Program-made: the position numbers and the translations under genes
In this document: positions 59,907 to 64,000 of the stretch, one piece after another
How positions within the stretch are numbered: the first letter of the stretch is position 1
Layout: each line of letters begins with the position of its first letter
Assembly: GCA_964188305.1 (NCBI GenBank)
Contig: OZ076886.1
From: Podarcis bocagei
Taxonomy: Eukaryota
Length of the DNA stretch: 64,000 nucleotides
Reading direction: 5' to 3' (one strand)
The notes under the pieces: generated by a model
What the model saw: only the letters and a program-made list of their open reading frames with translations
Databases searched by the model: none
What the model was told of the DNA's origin: nothing

Positions 59907-61219
59907 CAGTGGTGCCTCGCAAGACGAAATTAATTCGTTCCGCAAGTTTTTTCTTCTTGCGAGTTTTTCGTCTTGCGATGCACAGTTTCCCATAGGAATG
60001 CATTGAAAATCAATTAATGCGTTCCTAGGGAAACCGCCTTCAGACCAGGTCCGGGGACAGTCTGTCCCCCGACCTCTTCTGAAGGCTGGGGGGGGGCAAG
60101 GGCTTTTCTTCCCACTGCCATCCTTCAGAAGGCTGTTCTGAAGGCTGGCGGTGGGGAAAAAAGCCCTTCTTCCCACCTCCCGCCCCGCAAGCTCCGGGGA
60201 CAGGAGGGCTTTGCTGCCGACCGCCAGCATTTTAAAAGCCCCTGCTGTCCGGGGCGATTTTAAAATGCTGGTGGGCGGGAGCGAAGTCTCTGCTGTCCCG
60301 GGGAGATTTTAAAATGCTGGGGGGCGGGAGCGAACGCTTCGCTCCCGCCCGCCAGCATTTTAAGATCGCCCGGGGCAGCAGAGACTTCTCGCCCAAAGCA
60401 AGGGGAGCTCTCCGAAGGGCTCCCCGTGCTTCGGGCGACAGGCTGCCGCCCCAAGCCTCGCGCACCCGGCAGGACCTCCTGCTGGGCGCGCGAGACTTGC
60501 AGACACTCGCCCAAAGCAAGGGGAGCCCTCCGAAGGGCTCCCCGTGCTTCGGGCGATAGGCTGCCGCCCCAAGCCTCGCGCACCCGGCGGGACCTCCTGC
60601 CGGGCGCGCGAGGCTTGCAGACACTCGCCCAAAGCAAGGGGAGCTCTCCGAAGGGCTCCCCGTGCTTCGGGTGACAGGCTGCCGCCCCAAGCCTCGCGCA
60701 CCCGGCAGGACCTCCTGCCGGGCGCGCGAGGCTTGCAGACACTCGCCCAAAGATTTTAAAATGCTGGGGGTCGGGAGCGAAGCGTTCGCTGCCGACCCCC
60801 AGCATTTTAAGATCGCCCGGGACAGCAGAGACTTCTCTGCTGTCCCGGGGAGATTTTAAAATGCTGGGGGTCGGCAGCGAACACTTCGCTCCCGCCCGCC
60901 AGCATTTTAAGATCGCCCGGGGCAGCGGAGAAGTCTCCGCTGTCCCGGGAAGGCAGGCGGGTGGGGAGCAAAGACTTTTGCCCCCCGCCGGCCTTCAGAA
61001 GAGGTCCAGGACCTCTTCTGAAGGCCAGCTGTGGGCGAAAGTCTTTGCTCCCAACCGCCAGCAATTTAAAACAGGTCCCCGGAGATTTCCCTATGGGCTT
61101 TCGTCTTGCGAAGCAAGCCCATAGGGAAATTCGTCTTGCGAAGCGCCTCCAAAACAGAAAACCCTTTCGTCTTGCGGGTTTTCCGTCTTGCGAGGCATTC
61201 GTCTTGCGGGGTACCACTG
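59907..61219. mobile_element. Tc1/mariner (Tigger/pogo-like) non-autonomous element with internal palindrome array
   Basis: TIR CAGTGGTGCCTCGCAAGACGAA / TTCGTCTTGCGGGGTACCACTG, TA TSDs. Confidence 0.9.
60388..60752. repeat. Tandem repeat, 3 x 118 bp, each unit with two ~23-bp-stem hairpins
   Basis: Units start at 60388, 60506 and 60624; partial fourth at 60742. Confidence 0.92.
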
Positions 61220-61898
61220 TATGTAGATATGTGCTATAGTTCTCCTACATGAAGGCATGTATATAGAAGTGCAGGTGAGCATCCCAAAATAAGCTTTTGA
61301 TAAATCTTTGTTGTCAGCATAGCTTTTATCAACCCCACCCTTTCCAGACAGATATAATCACCACCCATTAGTGAAATCCACAAAAGCTCTCTTTTTGTAT
61401 TCAAAGTGACTGCTCTTCCTTTTCAAGTACATGTTGGTGCAATGGACAGGTGCTTGTGGATTTCCCTAGTAGAATAGCACCTTTACAGCACAACTGTAGT
61501 AAACTTAATTTTTGGAAGACGGATACATGTATTAGATTATATTGAAGCGTGGAGATTTTATTGGCTATGATTTGGAACTACATATGTTCTGCTTCAGATA
61601 CCAAAGAAACTATTATGCACCCTTCTGTGGAAGAGCTGTTTAATTTAATTTAATTTAATTTAAGTATTTATTTAAAAGAAAGAAAGAAGATTACAGAAAG
61701 GGCATCTCCAGTTGGAGCACTTCCATTTAACAGGTAAGTGGCCTATGTTCATTTCCCTAAGGTAGGACAGAAGAGCCATAACTGACCTCTCCCTCCCCCC
61801 CTCCGCCCAATAACATATTCTGGCTTTGCTGGTGTGGTACACACCCTTGACAATATTGCGTGTCAAAACACATCTCTTCATTGTGTGAATTTATGACC

Positions 61899-62689
61899 TG
61901 TTGTGGCCAATAACTTATTATGGATAGCACACCCCCTGTTCCTTATTACTTTTTACATGTTCTGACTGGTAGGTGTGGACCCCGGAAAAGCTTTGGGCTT
62001 GATGTAATTCAGTGCTTTAATGTAGTGTGATAGGAATTTTATGGTTTTAGATATATAGTAATGTTCATAACTGCACATACATAGATCAGTACAGGAAGGC
62101 CAACGTGGAACCATTTTGATTCCTAAACTGACCAAATCCTTTCTCTGCAAGGTTAAAAATGGAAAAGCCTCCCCATTGTCTCTTCCTTTAATCTGTGTTT
62201 GAATAAGGTGTGAGCCTGTGACCTGGCCCAGGAAATAAGTATTTTAGCACTACAAAAGAATGGCCAGGCTCCCCAGAAAATCCAATCAAGTAACCTGCTA
62301 GACAGGAGATAAACAAGGAGAAGAGAAAAACAACATTTAAATTTCTGTGATGTAGGTGGGATGTATCTGAGGGGTGGTCTTAGGTTACACCCCTTCTGTG
62401 ATGTATGCATAATGTTTCTGGGGGTGGTCCTGATCTAGAGAAGGGGAATTTCAAAAGTCTTTATAAGGCCTTGCAGGCCATTGTTCTGGGTCCTCTTCCT
62501 CTCCTGCGTGTGAGGGGAGTACCCTGTTGCAACAGATCAATAAAGATCAAGCTTACTAGCTGCTTTGCTTCTCAATATTCTCTGGTTGGCCTCTGTTATT
62601 TTCTCCTACCAATAGGGAACCTATGTAAGGACTCTATATGGGCTCTTGGATACCCCATAAGGGAAAAGGGCATATTTTTATTTACAACA
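61899..62689 (+). mobile_element. ERV 5' LTR (~791 bp)
   Basis: TGTTGT...ACAACA termini, TATAA 62462, AATAAA 62539-62544, PBS 2 nt downstream; left boundary inferred from terminal inverted repeat only. Confidence 0.8.
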
Positions 62690-64000
62690 GATGGCGACCA
62701 CGCACGAAGGGACTTTTGGTTACCCGGATTCTGGAAACGAGGAAGGACTGGTTATCCAGCGCGCACCAGGCAGTTTGCCAGGAGGAATAACCAGTCTTCC
62801 ATCGGTCCCAGGGTCTGGCAATAACTTGGAGTTCAGCGGGGCTAACCAGAGGAAGCAAATCTTGATCAGGCCGGCCTTAAACAACCAGTCAAGACATCGT
62901 GGGATCACCAGGAACAGTGCATGCGGAAGTGAGTATTAAGTAGGAAACACGGGTAGTGGGTTGGGGTCTCTAAACCACAGCAACCAAAATTCTTTAATTC
63001 TTCCTTTTCCCTTCAAATCTAAAATTTCTACTTTTTTCCTCATCTAAAAATTGCCTTCTCCTTTCTGTCCCCTCAATCTCAACACCAGCCCTAGCCCTTC
63101 GGAGTATGCCCAGGCAAAGGTTGTGTGTGATTTCTTCCACTTAACTCTGTATGCCAACCTATTCCTTCGGAGTTTTGCCCAGAAAGGTTGTGCAATTTCT
63201 TCTGCACTGAAAACTATAATTCCCAAAACTATAACTCCCAGGTGTAGCCGCACCTCTGCCATGGCGATCTTTGTTAGAGATGACCTGTGAGCAGAGAAAG
63301 CAAGGGCACCTGATTCCTTTCCTTCTTTGTCATTTCTGAGTCCCAATCTGGCACTGCGCTACGCAAGCGTCCAGTAGGGAACTCTCAGGTTAGATTGTAA
63401 GAGGCAGGAGGTTGCTGTGGGCTCCCTGGCTGAGTAATGACCAAAGGGGGGGGGGTTGAGATCGCTGACCGCACTGTTAGCTTAGTAGCCAGGAAAGGCC
63501 AACAGCTGTACCAGCCTAGTAAGTCAGGCCAGACGAACGGCGGTGTGTCACAGTACTAATTCTCGGAGTTGTCCAAATTGAGTGTACTGTGGGTTATTTA
63601 TTGTGTTTCCTGAAAAGTGGGGATAAAACCCCGACTGCAGTATAAAAGTAAAAGCTAGCGCTATTAAAATTCTTAAAATGGGTGCACCTCAATCAAAAGA
63701 AATGAACCCACAGACTCCTGATGGGAAAGAAGCCCAGTTGGTGCTTACTTCCCGCCTGGACTCTGACAGTCCCCTTCAATTTGTGTTTAAGAAACGTTTT
63801 TCCAGTGTTTAAATTGTGCTTAGGCAACATCCAGCAGCTGCTTATCTTAAATGTGCCATCTAAAATAAAAATGCAAGCTTGCTCCAATTCTAAATCTAAG
63901 GAAGCCATGTTGAGCCTTATCAATCTTAAAGCAAGACAAAATGGAGAATGGAGTGTGCAAATGTTTGTTATTTGAGAGAGGCTCTAAAAGAGTTTTCCTC
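62690..64000 (+). mobile_element. ERV internal region: leader and disrupted gag start (continues beyond window)
   Basis: GTGAGT splice-donor-like site ~62929; ATG 63678 reads MGAPQSK (myristoylation pattern MGxxxSK)...DSPLQFV then an early stop. Confidence 0.65.
62692..62713 (+). other. Primer-binding site, tRNA-Arg type, with 4-nt duplication
   Basis: TGGCGACCACG[CACG]AAGGGAC versus TGGCGACCACGAAGGGAC, the complement of the vertebrate tRNA-Arg(UCG) 3' end. Confidence 0.8.

Noticed and set aside
60388-60752. G-U-compatible substitutions as proof of RNA-level selection
   Set aside because: The differences between units are transitions, several at CpG, which give G-U on one strand by default
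60230-60960. CRISPR-like array or repeat-protein ORFs
   Set aside because: Eukaryotic context, no unique spacers, no cas genes; the ORFs in several frames are by-products of GC-rich tandem repeats

Overview
Vertebrate genomic DNA from a squamate reptile, probably a lacertid-type lizard (inferred from Sauria SINEs, Squam3-like SINEs and reptile-type L1/L2/CR1/Penelope/DIRS repeats). It contains two complete protein-coding genes in the conserved head-to-head arrangement. APPL1 is on the minus strand (22 coding exons, 31879->3657, 708 aa; all splice phases checked by hand). HESX1 is on the plus strand (4 coding exons, 42968->45828, 196 aa). The rest is rich in transposable elements: the 3' part of a decayed DIRS element with its internal complementary region; a CR1>L1>L1 nest with intact target-site duplications (TSDs) between the two promoters; young CR1 copies flanking HESX1 exon 4; Penelope-like fragments carrying minimal hammerhead ribozyme motifs; many hAT and Tc1/mariner MITEs, one filled with an array of GC-rich ~50-bp palindromes; and the 5' LTR, tRNA-Arg primer-binding site (PBS) and decayed gag start of an endogenous retrovirus running off the right edge. 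The most unusual items are the hammerhead motifs, the palindrome-array MITE and the nested L1s. Regulatory calls are motif-level inference only, and repeat-family names come from recognition, not database search.
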